Of a stretch of DNA of 64,000 bases, positions 26,956 through 38,425 are shown one piece after another; within the stretch, counting starts at the first letter, position 1; every line of letters begins with the position of its first letter. The stretch is from Hydrolagus affinis. Taxonomy: Eukaryota. Made by a program: the position numbers and the translations under genes. The stretch is taken from positions 1 to 64,000 of the forward strand of contig JAAILG010001574.1 of the NCBI GenBank assembly GCA_012026655.1, written 5' to 3'. Under the pieces are notes generated by a model. That model saw only the letters and a list, made by a program, of their open reading frames with translations, was not told where the DNA came from and searched no databases.

Positions 26956-27420
26956 GTTATGAAACATTTTCCTGGTTAAATAAGGAGGTGTGAGATTACC
27001 TGAACAGTTGGAAGGAACTGTTAACAGACTCATGTTTACAAGCCTTGTGCTGTATTTAACCTGTATTTCCAATGCTGCAAAGATCGACACTCACTGAGTA
27101 TGTACCAAGATGACATCAGACAACTTAAATCACATAGATACTAAGTCACACTGAAACTTAGCCTTTCTAAATAATACTTGTGAGACCTGGGAGCTGTATC
27201 TGAATATTGAACACTTTTGCTCCCTTTGCATTTGGTCTCTGTTGCTATTATTTAAATAATAACGCATATTCCCCCACCTCCCCAACACCCTTTTGGTTGA
27301 ACATCTGATTGCATTGCTGCCATAGAGCTGCTGTTGTACACTACTGTGGAATATTTGAAGGTGAAAGCAGCAGCCAACTTGCTCACAACAATATCCTACG
27401 AACAGCTGTGGAGTGAATGA

Positions 27421-27915
27421 CTAAGCTCCACTCCTCTGCACACCCCTACCTCTCTTACCTCCTCTCTCCTCAAAACTTAAGAATATAAGAATTAGGAGCA
27501 GGAGTAGGCCATTTGGACCCTCAAGTCTGCCCCACCATTCGATAAGATCATGGCTGATCTTCTGACCTAACTCTTAATTACCTGTCCTATCCCCATATCC
27601 CCTAATATCCCCTAAAGACAATACTGTAACCGGTGCCTTTGCTCCACCGGGTCTGGCCTCTTCCTTGTCCCCCGAATCCTCCGCTCCACCATCGGCGGCC
27701 GTGCCTTCAGCCACTACACCCCAAGGCTCTGGAACTCCCTTCGCCTCGCCCCCTCTCTTCCTGATCTCGGCTAAAAACCTTTCTTTTCGACCGCGCTTTC
27801 AGTCACCTACTTCCCCCTCCCCCTGGCTCGGCCCTGGGATCCGTTTTTGGGAAGCACTCTGAGATGCTGTCCGGTGTGGAGGGTGCAAGATAATTCTAAG
27901 TTATTCTTGTTGTTA
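27421..27915 (+). mobile_element. L2 3' fragment interrupted by a CR1-like 3' end (~27477-27612)
   Basis: ctccactcctctgcac...gccgtgccttcagccac...gaagcactctgagatgctgtccgg is homologous to 26349-26745; the insert taagaatataagaattaggagcaggagtaggcc resembles a minus-strand CR1 3' end. Confidence 0.75.
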
Positions 27916-27929
27916 CTGGGACACTGGGA

Positions 27930-28170
27930 GAAACTCCCTTCCGTTTGAGTGGAACATTAAAGCTGATCTTTAATGTCCACCTAAACAGACAGACGTGAAC
28001 CTGATTTAATATCTCGTCCAAAGCATGACACCTCCGACAATGCAGCACTTCCCCTAGCACTGTATTGGGATGTCTATCTCCTAGACTATGTGAGTTCAAA
28101 GCCCTGATTTGGGGCTTGAACCCATAATCTTCTCACTCAAGAGTCTCCCAACTGAGCCAAGCTGACACAA
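27930..28170 (-). mobile_element. Older DeuSINE/SacSINE1-like element
   Basis: Minus-strand head (aactgagccaagctgacac; ggggcttgaaccc) and body (acctccgacaatgcagcact); reverse complement resembles 31614-31910. Confidence 0.6.
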
Positions 28171-30359
28171 ATCACTTCCCACATCACATTCTGCTAACAA
28201 GATGAATTCAAGATATACAAAGAACAATGAAATCCTCGTGTTCTCTCAGCACCATTTGGGGCAGAACTTCTTTAATTGGAGGCGTATATAAGTGTTATTC
28301 GCCATTCTTTAGACTTACAAAATAAAGCCTCTCATCCGTTACAAAGCAATCAATACATATTTCTCTTTTTCCGCACATCAGTAATCCAGAAAATTATTCA
28401 AAAGAATACTATTCCATGCAATTAAATGATGAATTGTCTTTTGTTCAAAAATAATGAAGATTTGCTTGAGGTGCTGCTAACAGTGAACATTAAATAATCT
28501 ATATATACAGATTGGTCTATCAGATATTAAGAGTGATTTTCCATTCAAAGAGAAAAGCTTTTACAGACTTAAATTATCTTTTTTATTTTTGTGCATGAAT
28601 TCTCACCACACTCAAGAATATGTCTCTTACAATTTGGCTTGGCTTCAAACAGTATTAGGTAAATCTGCTCCAATTCTGGGGGCAGTGATGTAAAAGATAT
28701 ATGAGTTTTACAGTAGTTATCGCTTGAACATGATCCCTGAAAGTTTAAATGAATCCAAGTCTTGGTCCCTGAAGGAGCATTCATCTCTTTGCCCAATTTT
28801 ATACAACCTCCTACATCACTGATTGTGGGATTTTCAATCAGACCTGGTCACAGAACCATTAATTCAACCAAGCTTTTAGGGTTTGTTATCAGTGCTGGTC
28901 TTCAAAACACGCTAAATGAGTTAATTAGACATGTCACAGGTCCTACTGTAGAAACTTGGAGGCTGCATTTTACACCGAATTAATGTGATCAGCTCTGCAT
29001 GCCTTTTGACTCATCATATAAAATATGCTCTTAGGTAAATAATTTAAAGAGTCTTCATTATCAGTTCTCAAATCCCTAATAGAATAGTTGATTGTTATTT
29101 CCTGCAAAAGTAACCATCTTAGAGAGCTGAAGAAGTTATAGAAGTTGCCATTTTATCTCTCTCTATCTATCTGTCAGATTAAGGGTAGTTTATTGCTTTG
29201 AGTTTACATTTGTTATGTCAGCCTGGTTCAGTTAATAGCACTCTCACCTCACATTCGCCCACAAATATACAGTCAATTCACTTTACAGTATATTCTGTGA
29301 AGCGCTTTGAGACGTCTAGAAGACGTGAAAAGCACTATATCAAAATGCAAGGATTATTATTATTATTAGTAGTAGTATTATTAGATAGTCTATGTTGACA
29401 CTCCAGTGCAATGCTGGGGGTATGTTGTTGCATTGTCAGAAGTGCTGTCCTCCAGATAAGACACTAAACCAAAGTTTTATCTACCCGTCCGTACAAGTTG
29501 ATATTCTTCTGGTATTCTGGCCAACAATCCTAAATTAAAATTGGTCATTTACTTCATCACTGTTTGTGGGTCGTTACCGTCTGCAAATTAGCTGCCGGGT
29601 TCACCTGCAAAATTATACACAGTTCCTACACTTTACAGACTCAAAGGGAGATCTTGAAAAAAATCTTCATGTCTGGGGGTTTAAAAAACAAGCTCTAGAG
29701 GTGAAAGGACAACAATCTAATATACTGACCAGCCTCCAACTGTGAATTTTTTTTGTTTGCAATATACAATAATAAGATGTCATTCTGCAATCCACCCCTT
29801 TTCATTTTCATGGCTGCACCCTACAATCGTTCGTATTATCAGGTCAGTTTCACACCTTATTTATTCCATGTGGTTAGAGTATAGGCAGTCAGTGTTCAGT
29901 TCGCATTCTGATTAATTATAATGTAAAGCAGGATTGTTATTAGAAATTAATGTTCAAACTAGTTTTGGACACTTTGTACAAGTATAACCAAAGATGAGTG
30001 TATTCAAGACTGTGTGGAAAATTAACTGTGTGTTTAATAAGAGGTGGCATTCTAATTTTTAAAGAGCTTCATAGTAGTTTTTATTGTTTCATGTTCTTCA
30101 CCCCCACCAAAAATCTACTTTGTTGACGTTGCAGCATAGAGTCATAGAATTATGGATTAGCGGGAACATTATTGCATAAAAGGAGGCCATTCAGCTCGTA
30201 GTTTGTGTTTGTACTGCGTTGATTTAGCCAAAAGAGCGATGATTTGCAGACAATTGGTTTTGGAAATGCTCAGTGGAAATTATACTAATTGACAGTATTA
30301 TGCTATGCCACTAGCTTGCCTCGAAGGAAGAGCTAACTCACCATTTTCTTTTGACCCAG

Positions 30360-30494
30360 TGGTGTGAAGAGAAGCAACTCCTCTGATCGGGTGCCACCAG
30401 CGGCTCGCCGAGAGAGCTTTGGAGATTCCAAAAACGTCAGGACACGTACAGGATCGACCAGCAGTGGTTCGAGTGGAAAGAAGACCAGTGATAG
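30360..30494 (+). CDS. EML1: EML1 exon 4 (Ser/Arg/Lys-rich basic region), 135 nt
   Basis: acccag|T GGT GTG AAG AGA...AGT GAT AG|gtacac; GVKRSNSSDRVPPAARRESFGDSKNVRTRTGSTSSGSSGKKTSD. Confidence 0.92.
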
Positions 30495-31613
30495 GTACAC
30501 ACGTTCATAACCAAGAGAACACACTATATGCAGTGTCAAATAACTTTTAATGATGTGTTACTGCCCTTTCCATGCAGTAAAGATATAGAACGTACAGAAT
30601 GCAAAGAAAGTGTTGGAGGAATCTCATCAAAATATGTAAATATAATACATTACATAAACAGTAATGAATAAGAACTATGTATAAAACTGACATGAAAAGT
30701 AACGGTCTTCAGTCAACAAATTGTGGACTCTTAATTGCGATATTCTTAATGGCATTCTAGAATCTGAATCACACGAACGGCAGTAAAGCACAACAACTGG
30801 AATCCAAACTACCGGGACTCTTTGAGTGCTCCACCACAAGCTGCTCCCAGAGATTTCTGATAGAATTCTTTACTGATTCATCTTGTTAAGCTCCATCGCT
30901 TGGGGTCTGACTTGTAGGATGACAGTATGGACATTGGGTCACTATTGAGATTCCCATTGGCTGACGGCAATGCACGTCTGTGATTAAGGCTCGTCGGAGC
31001 CCCAATGCAGTATTCTCAGAGACCTTGAAATAAATCTGCAGCAGCACAGATGGTGCTGGCCACTAAATAAATCATCTGCTTGACAAACATTTGTCTTTGG
31101 AAGGTAGAAGGTCAGAACACAATTGAAAGTGGAGAAGGCTGAACAACAGCAAAACGAGATGATGTTAGAGGTGGGGGAGAGAGCACGCTTTTGGCAATCA
31201 GAACACAATTGTACTTTTGCTCATAAATATCAGAACCTGACTTAATGAAACATGATCTATTCCATAGTACATCAACTTCGGGGTCAAAAGGATTCAGTTT
31301 CTCTGAATTATGGCATTGTTTTTTAATTAAAGTAAAAGCAATGCAAACCAAAATCCATACTGCAGTCATATGCAATCCCAGCAGAAGGAGGACTGGAACT
31401 AATGTGTTAAAGGGGAAGAAGACTTTAGGAGTAGGAATTTTGAACATGTGGTTATTAGCTGTCCTAGTACTGTATCAAACGTGCCCAAGCAACTTTATTT
31501 TTAACTGTGAAAAAACTCCCAATTGCTGTAAAACCACAGGATCTTGGCAACTGCAAAGGCAAAATAGGTTAATGTTTCATGCTGACTAACCTGTATTCTT
31601 AGCATTTCTCAAG

Positions 31614-31910
31614 TGTGTCAGCCTTGTGCGGTGGTAGCACTCTCACTTGTGAGTCAGAAGGTTGTAGGTTCAAGCCCTACCTCAAAACTTGGAAATACAT
31701 AGTCTAAGCCGACGCTCCAATGCGGTGCTGGGGGTGGGGGGTGTTGCATTGTTGGAGTTGCTGTCCTTCGGATGAGACATGACATTAAACCAAAAGTCCC
31801 AACGACCTGCACAAGTGAATGTCAAAGATCCCACTATTTGAAAGAGAAAAGATTTATTCTGGTGTCCTGGCCAACAAATTCACCCCAAATAAAATCGGTC
31901 ATTCACCAGA
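31614..31910 (+). mobile_element. Older DeuSINE/SacSINE1-like element
   Basis: gtgtcagcc...ggtagcactctcac...gagtcagaaggttgtaggttcaagccc...tgcattgttggag...ctgtccttcggatgagac. Confidence 0.65.
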
Positions 31911-32050
31911 TGTTTATTAATACTATCATTTTAAAACAAACAATGAATTTTGTTTTAAAAAAGCAGGAGAATAATTTAAATCCATTGAAAGATAAGCCTC
32001 TACGCTATACTGAGATTGATGTTAGTCCTCTGTTGTTTCTATTTTTACAG

Positions 32051-32079
32051 CAAATCCAAGGAGCCTCTCTTCAATGCAG
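32051..32079 (+). CDS. EML1: EML1 exon 5, 29 nt, phase 2-1
   Basis: tttacag|C AAA TCC AAG GAG CCT CTC TTC AAT GCA G|gtgagt; KSKEPLFNA; needed to keep the exon 4 to exon 6 frame. Confidence 0.9.
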
Positions 32080-32446
32080 GTGAGTGGCATTCAGACTGCA
32101 TTGTTCATTTGTTAGGTTTCTGGGTGAGAATAATCATTTCAACTTTTGAAGAAATGTATGTTTTTGAGTTTAGGGTCTTTCATCCTATATGCCTTCAGAA
32201 ACCTTTACACTTTCAAACTCCATTTAAAGTCTTAATTTTGGGAACCATTGAATGGTTTCAGTCTAAATAGCCCAATAGTGTGTCATCCACATCAGGGCAA
32301 GAGAGAGAGATGTTTTGAACCTTTTGTGGTAACAAGTGATCCTAGTGATTGGATGTATGACTAAGAATTCTAGATGTAGATGATGAATAATAAATGAGTC
32401 ACTCTACGACTGTGCCAATGTACCCTTTTTTTATTTTCCTTAATAG

Positions 32447-32478
32447 ACCGAAAGCACAGCCACTATGCAATTTGGCAT
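32447..32478 (+). CDS. EML1: Candidate alternative exon 5b, 32 nt, phase 2-1 (RPKAQPLCNLA)
   Basis: ttttttattttccttaatag|A CCG AAA GCA CAG CCA CTA TGC AAT TTG GCA T|gtaagt; same phases as exon 5 and a loosely similar peptide. Confidence 0.5.
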
Positions 32479-33146
32479 GTAAGTGCTTTTTGGAGTGTTT
32501 TGCCCTGTTTCTCTCTCCCTTCATCCTTCACTTGCTGCTTGTTTGCAGCTAGGAATGTCTCATTTTATTGCCTAAAACCACTCCATGTTGCAGGTTCTAA
32601 CAAAAGGGGCATTGAGATAGCCTCCTTTCCTCATAATTCTCAGTAGGCAAAAATGCCCTGGCAACTCAGGTAATCAATGTATTCACTTGTGGGGCTCGCA
32701 ACAACCGAATGAGAGAGATTACATTCAACAGTGAGAAGAGATGCAGTTTTAGAAATGACTGGACTTTAGTTTCCTCCATAAAGTTTGAAATCAGTATTTA
32801 CATCCAGACCAGAGTGCTTCTCTCTGTATATACACAGTGAGTCTCCAAGGGAGACTGTGGGCGAAACAACACAAATGACTTAAATATTGAGCACTGAGGA
32901 AAATGTTCTTCACAATTCCCCCATTAAATACCAATGCTGAAGGGATAAATTCATTGATTGGACTGGAATCAGAAGTGCAAAGTTTCGGAAGTTTATCTGT
33001 GACTGTGTTTCTATAAAAATTGTTTTTAATTTTTAACCTATTTTGCCTTCTGGAATTAAAAAAACAAAAACAAAATATTCAATTCAGTTTACGTTTTTTT
33101 TGTGGTGTAGGGTGAGGGACTAATCAGATTTTCTCCCAGAGGTATT

Positions 33147-33439
33147 ATAATATTAATAATAATCTTTGCATTTGATACAGTGCTTTTCGCGTCTTCTAGA
33201 CGTCTCAAAGCACTTCACAGAATATACTGTAAAATGAATTGACTGTATATTTGTCGGCGAAACGCATATAGCAGTGTCCCTTAAACAGTCATGGATTGAA
33301 ATGACCAATTTATTATTGATTTTTTTCAAGGGTTTATTGTCAGGTGTGTGGAATAAGGAAACTTGCTCAAGGTTTTGGAATTAAACCCAGGTCTCTCACT
33401 TGGAAGGCGAGTGGTCTAACCACTGAGCTACAGGACTCC
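33147..33439 (-). mobile_element. Same SINE family
   Basis: Reverse-complement copy with head and (taa)n tail. Confidence 0.85.
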
Positions 33440-34609
33440 ACACTTTCGCCAGATTCCAGTCACTTTCTGGTACCATGCCCAATACTGGCCATTATTCCTG
33501 TCTAAGCAGTTCACATTGACTAGCTGATTGATAATCGAGAGATCAAAGCTGAACCCAGTTCAATCTTTGGCAGACCGACACAGGGGCACTTTCTACTATT
33601 GTACCATGTAGAAATCAGGAGTGGGGACCCTGGCTAATTTCTCCTTCTTAGCCCAGGGGTATTCATGCTATTCTGATACACATCAAAGCTCTCAATAAGA
33701 ACTAGCCTAAAATTGAGACGTCCAGAATCGTGCTTTATTTTGGCTTCACTTAAAAAACATCCACCCTGCTTGTAATATATTAATTGTATGGTCAGAGAGA
33801 AGTACGGTTGGTGAAATTTAGTTTTGAAACATTATTTGTGAAGTCTCAATCTACTGGAGTTGATAGAGAAAATAATTAATTAGTAACATGGCAACAGTAT
33901 TAGCACAAGTCGATCATTGATGAATCCCTTCAATTACCCATCCAACTTCCTAACAGATTCCCTTAAAACATTTAACTTGTCATGCTTTGACCCTGAATCA
34001 CTTGTGTCTTCAATAAAAGGGGAGCTGAACCAAAACCACATCCTTTAGATTCGACTGTTCTCTGTCTCTTGAGTTTCTCACTCTCGTTGAGTATCTCACT
34101 TTCTATATCTCTCTCTTTATCTCTGATGATCTATCTCATTATCTTATCGTTGTGCTGCTGGTACAAAACCAATCCAGTTGTGTGTGTGAGGTTACTAAAA
34201 TGCAAGTACATCTCATTCCTTGGAGTCTCGTACCCATGAGTATAGCTTCACACGTAAACACAACTGGATGCCCCATTACCTGTCTAATTGTATTGTCTAT
34301 CCTGGTGGAATCCCAGCTGTTTGGATGTGTGAAACTCAATAGAAGCAGACTATGAGGTCCTCAGCCTCTAATGACAGGCTCACATCTGCCCTGGCTCCTT
34401 TCTGACAATTTCCAGGAACCATGTTTGAAGCTCTTTATTGGTGCAAAAGCAATTGAGGGATGTTTGAAATGTTTTGTCCTGTGAGGGGTTAGTTAGAAGC
34501 TGTAAATGAACGATGGCTGCACAGCCGCTAGCATAGGTGTTAGGTGAAGCTGACTTTCCTCATACACATCTTTATCTAGCACTTCTATCTCTGTCTCTGT
34601 AATCACAAG

Positions 34610-34636
34610 GGAAGCGCCGTGTGACATACTGCCAAG
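34610..34636 (+). CDS. EML1: Candidate 27-nt microexon, phase 1-1 (GKRRVTYCQ)
   Basis: cttctatctctgtctctgtaatcacaag|GG AAG CGC CGT GTG ACA TAC TGC CAA G|gtaggt; symmetric with a good donor. Confidence 0.6.
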
Positions 34637-35801
34637 GTAGGTCTCATTTGTGCACCGTTCTAGCTCTCTGAAGCCTCCCGTTCCCCCAGCCACCCAGACT
34701 TAATCACATGTACTCACAGTCCGCTTCTGCAAGCATGCTTGCCTTCACTTTGAAAATACTAAACGTTCCAAATGATTTCCAGCCAAAACTTCCCACTGCA
34801 TTAATAAGTCTTTCCTGTGAGCGTAACCTCCCTGAATTTTAAATATTTCAGCTCTTCTGTCATTCTGCGGAAATTGAATTAATGGAGTGGGTTCAGGACT
34901 TGTGTTGTCTTTATGTCTCCATGGCTTGTGAGTCGTGTGACTGAAGTACTATATGAGGTATAGACAGGGAGCTATACAACATATAATGTAGTGCTGATTT
35001 GCCTAATAACTTGCTACACATATTAACTAGCATTTGAAGACAAAATAGACGCTTTACGCTGTAGTGTGAGTGTGTTCTACGTCTGCAGTGGTTTGTCAAA
35101 ATAGACGTCTTGATGTTTAAAAATGATTTTAAATGATTAGAAATAGAAATTGAACTGTAAAACAGATGTGAATAATGACCTTGCAAATGTCACATAATTC
35201 CGAGCAAACAAAATACAAATTTGATCTCCGCTTGCCACAATCTATTTTTCAAACAGTAAATCTTGTGCAATGTTTGTCGGGTGTAAAATTAATTTGGGAG
35301 AATGTGAGACTTAGGGTGTCAAACCGAAGAATTTTATACATTGCACATTGTGCTAACTTGGAGATATAGACAACAGCAGACGGACTTCAACTAACCTGTT
35401 GGGCAGCTCTTGTTTTCAGCTGGACTTTCTAATCATTCTAATAGCATTGTTCATTTAGCATTCCCATCTGGCCAAAACAGTCATCAGACTCTACATTCCC
35501 ACTTATTATCACTGTCTTCTCTATTATACTGTGCATTGCTGCTTAGTATAGCTATCAAACTGTACAATAGAATAGATCATTGTCGATTCGATTTTAGTAA
35601 CGGCAGTGATATAAGTAATCTTTATGGTGAAGAGAATGTTGAAACTCCTAGTTCTATATTAGTAAGAACTGAGATTAGCTGCTCTTTATATTTTCGTTCC
35701 TTAAAAACCAAAAATTGAAACCACCGCCAATCATTACATTTTGTAATCATTTTATCACTTCTCCCCCTCCGATCGTCCATATCCGTGACAACGCCACATA
35801 G

Positions 35802-36091
35802 TAACGATGCAGATATATCTGAGTCAGCCTCCAAAACTGATTGGTTCTTCTGAGAGCAAGGTTGACCCCCTTGGTCTAATGTTGAGCCAGCCATCATCTG
35901 GCCAAGAATCTGGAGCCACCTCAGTTAATGCTGTTGGGAAATCTGGAATTCGCAAGACACCCTCTCTGCCCTCGTCGTTTACAAACAGCCTGAGCCAGAC
36001 ATCAATAGTCAGTCCCAGTGACATGTCAAGGTCTCCAAGTTTTAAGAGCCAAATAAAATCTCCTAATCAGTACTTCCAGATCTGTTTTTAA
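35802..36091 (+). CDS. EML1: Candidate alternative terminal exon of EML1 (VTMQIYLSQPPKLIGSSE...KSPNQYFQICF*)
   Basis: acatag|TA ACG ATG CAG in phase 1, matching the exon 5 and microexon donors; 290-nt Ser/Pro-rich open frame ending TAA at 36089-36091; AATAAA at 36431. Confidence 0.65.
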
Positions 36092-36430
36092 ACTCCTTTT
36101 CTTATTATGTCCGTGATGGACTTGAGGGGGAATGCATCTGTCTTGCCTGTCCGCCATATATACATGTACGTCTTCTCATGTCTCTGTCTTTATTTTCTTT
36201 GGCAAATTTTCTGTGTGTTGCATTTTTAATTCTTATTTTTGGGTGTGTACTGTATGTTGGTTAAATAGCATGTTAGGCCACTACTGCTGTCTGGTCATGT
36301 GGAATGTCTCTTTGTTGCACTTGGGGATAAAACTGCATCCTTTCCTTTTTTTCTTTCTACGTTGTTTAACATTAACACCATTCACTGCATGTAACAACCC
36401 TGTATGTCAACGTTTTATGCTCTTATCAGT

Positions 36431-36436
36431 AATAAA
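36431..36436 (+). terminator. Intronic polyadenylation signal for the short isoform
   Basis: AATAAA 340 nt after the alternative stop, followed by GT/T-rich sequence (ttttggtgttggctgt). Confidence 0.5.
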
Positions 36437-36599
36437 GACAATTTTAAATTGAATTGAATTTTGGTGTTGGCTGTACTTCAATCTCTTTCTCTCTCTCTTT
36501 CTCTCTTTTCCCCTCTCATCTCGGATAACCTTATCCAATGTTCATTCAGTAGCAAACCATTCGCGGAGCGAGCATTCATTTTTTTCCTTTAACTTTTAG

Positions 36600-36729
36600 A
36601 AGAAGGATACGTGAAAATGTTCCTGCGAGGTCGACCGATCACCATGTACATGCCCCAGGAATTTAGAGAAAACTATAGCTTGGAAAATAAAGCTGAACTC
36701 CCATCCAAAAAGCTGAAGTTGGACTGGGT
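36600..36729 (+). CDS. EML1: EML1 exon 6 (HELP motif start), 130 nt
   Basis: ttttag|AA GAA GGA TAC GTG AAA ATG TTC CTG CGA GGT CGA CCG...GAC TGG GT|gtatcctt. Confidence 0.95.
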
Positions 36730-38275
36730 GTATCCTTCATTCTGTGGACTTGGCATATTTTCCGTATTGTGTGCTATCTATTTCTATCATTCTTTGCAAT
36801 GTCATTCAGGATCCTCATCCTCGCATTCAAATCCCTCCACGGGCTGGCCTCACCCTACCTTGGGATATCCTATAGATTTCCTCCCGATGCGCAATAATTT
36901 TGTATTGTACATCCATGGCTTCCTTAAACCCACTACCCAGGCCATACCTGTCACTTTGCTAACAACAGCTTGTTACATGCCCCCTGGCTGATCAGCCACA
37001 CCATCACTGGATGAGCTTTCAGTCATTCTGCCTATACTCTGTGAAACTCCATCCCAGAAAGAATCTTTCCACCTCACCCCCTCCCTCCCTACTTTGAAAG
37101 CCCACGTTAAGTTCTATCTCCTCAAATGCGCTTTTGGTCCCCCAAGCCTTCTTCCCCATCCTCCTGGCTTCCCTCTGCTCCCTTTCCCCAACCACACCAC
37201 CACCCCACCTCACTCCAGCTTGGATGCCCAATGAGCTGTGAAAAGTACTCTGAAATGTCCTCCAAACAGGCGTGAAAAGCGCTGCATAAATATAAATTGT
37301 TGCTGTGGACACATCAGCAGTGAACAAAAAACATCAACAGTTGAGAAATGGAAAATGGTTTACTAAATTGAATGCAGTGCCTAGATTTTTCCTCCTCCAC
37401 TTCCCCCTGCCCACCCATGTATTCTGCAAGATAACTTTTGTGAACAGACACTATTTTTATACACCCCTTTGTGTTCAATATCATGGTTACCCAGCGTTTG
37501 TTTTAAAAAGAGCTTGTCTGACTAGTTTTGGAAAAAAATAATCAGTTTAGATTTAGTGCAGTAAGTTACATGGATCTCTGTTTCAGGAATGTTTTAAACA
37601 AACCATTGGTGCATTGAAAAATCCGACAGTAATAATGTGCAACTGATTATTTTGGACACTACATATTTTATTACTGCAGCTCTTGTTTCAACTACAGGAA
37701 GCTGCTAGTTTATTTAGCTCCTATTATATAAATAGTTAAGGCCCTCAAGAGAATGGCAAGCAGTTGCAATGTAGATTGATGCAGTCAGCACCTCCTGGTG
37801 AAAATCGTGTTGCAGCACTTAATAATAATAATAATAATAATAATCCTTGCATTTGATACAGCGTTTTTCACATCTTCTACATACCTCAGAGTGCTTCACA
37901 GAATATACTGTAAAGTGAATTAACTGTATATTTTTGGGTGAAACACAGCTGCCAATTGCGCACAGCAATATCCCACAAACAGTCTTGCAATTGAAGTGAC
38001 CAATTTATTATTGTTTTATTTCTTGAGGGATTATTATCAGGCATGTGGAGTAAGGAAACTTGCCCCAGGTTTTGCCCTGCCGGGAATCGAACCCAGGTCT
38101 CTTGCTTTGGAGGCGAGTGCTCTAAACCACTGAGCTACAGGACTCCACTTCATCCACAATGCAAGGTTTAGAGAACTATGACTGCATGTAAAGCACTAAA
38201 ATCCGCTATATCTTGGCCTACGCAGTATGACGTTTCAGCCGTTATCTCAGTGCACGTCCTTGACAAACCTGCCAG
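36730..38275 (+). other. U12-type (minor spliceosome) GT-AG intron
   Basis: 5' splice site GTATCCTT; branch site TCCTTGAC at 38257-38264, ending 11 nt before the exon; no polypyrimidine tract. Confidence 0.9.
37820..38146 (-). mobile_element. Same SINE family, inside the U12 intron
   Basis: (taa)n tccttgcatttgatac...gggaatcgaacccagg...gagctacaggactcc. Confidence 0.88.
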
Positions 38276-38425
38276 TTATGGTTATCGAGGACGAGATTGC
38301 CGCTGTAACCTCTACCTGTTACCTACCGGGGAGATTGTATATTTCATTGCATCCGTGGTCGTACTGTACAATGTGGAGGAGCAGCTTCAGAGGCATTACA
38401 CCGGCCACAATGATGATGTCAAGTG
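38276..38425 (+). CDS. EML1: EML1 exon 7 (HELP/WD40), 150 nt
   Basis: YGYRGRDCRCNLYLLPTGEIVYFIASVVVLYNVEEQLQRHYTGHNDDVK; donor TG|gtgagt. Confidence 0.95.

Noticed and set aside
34070-34205. CT-rich tract followed by ccag, a possible additional microexon
   Set aside because: No good donor giving a frame-compatible exon
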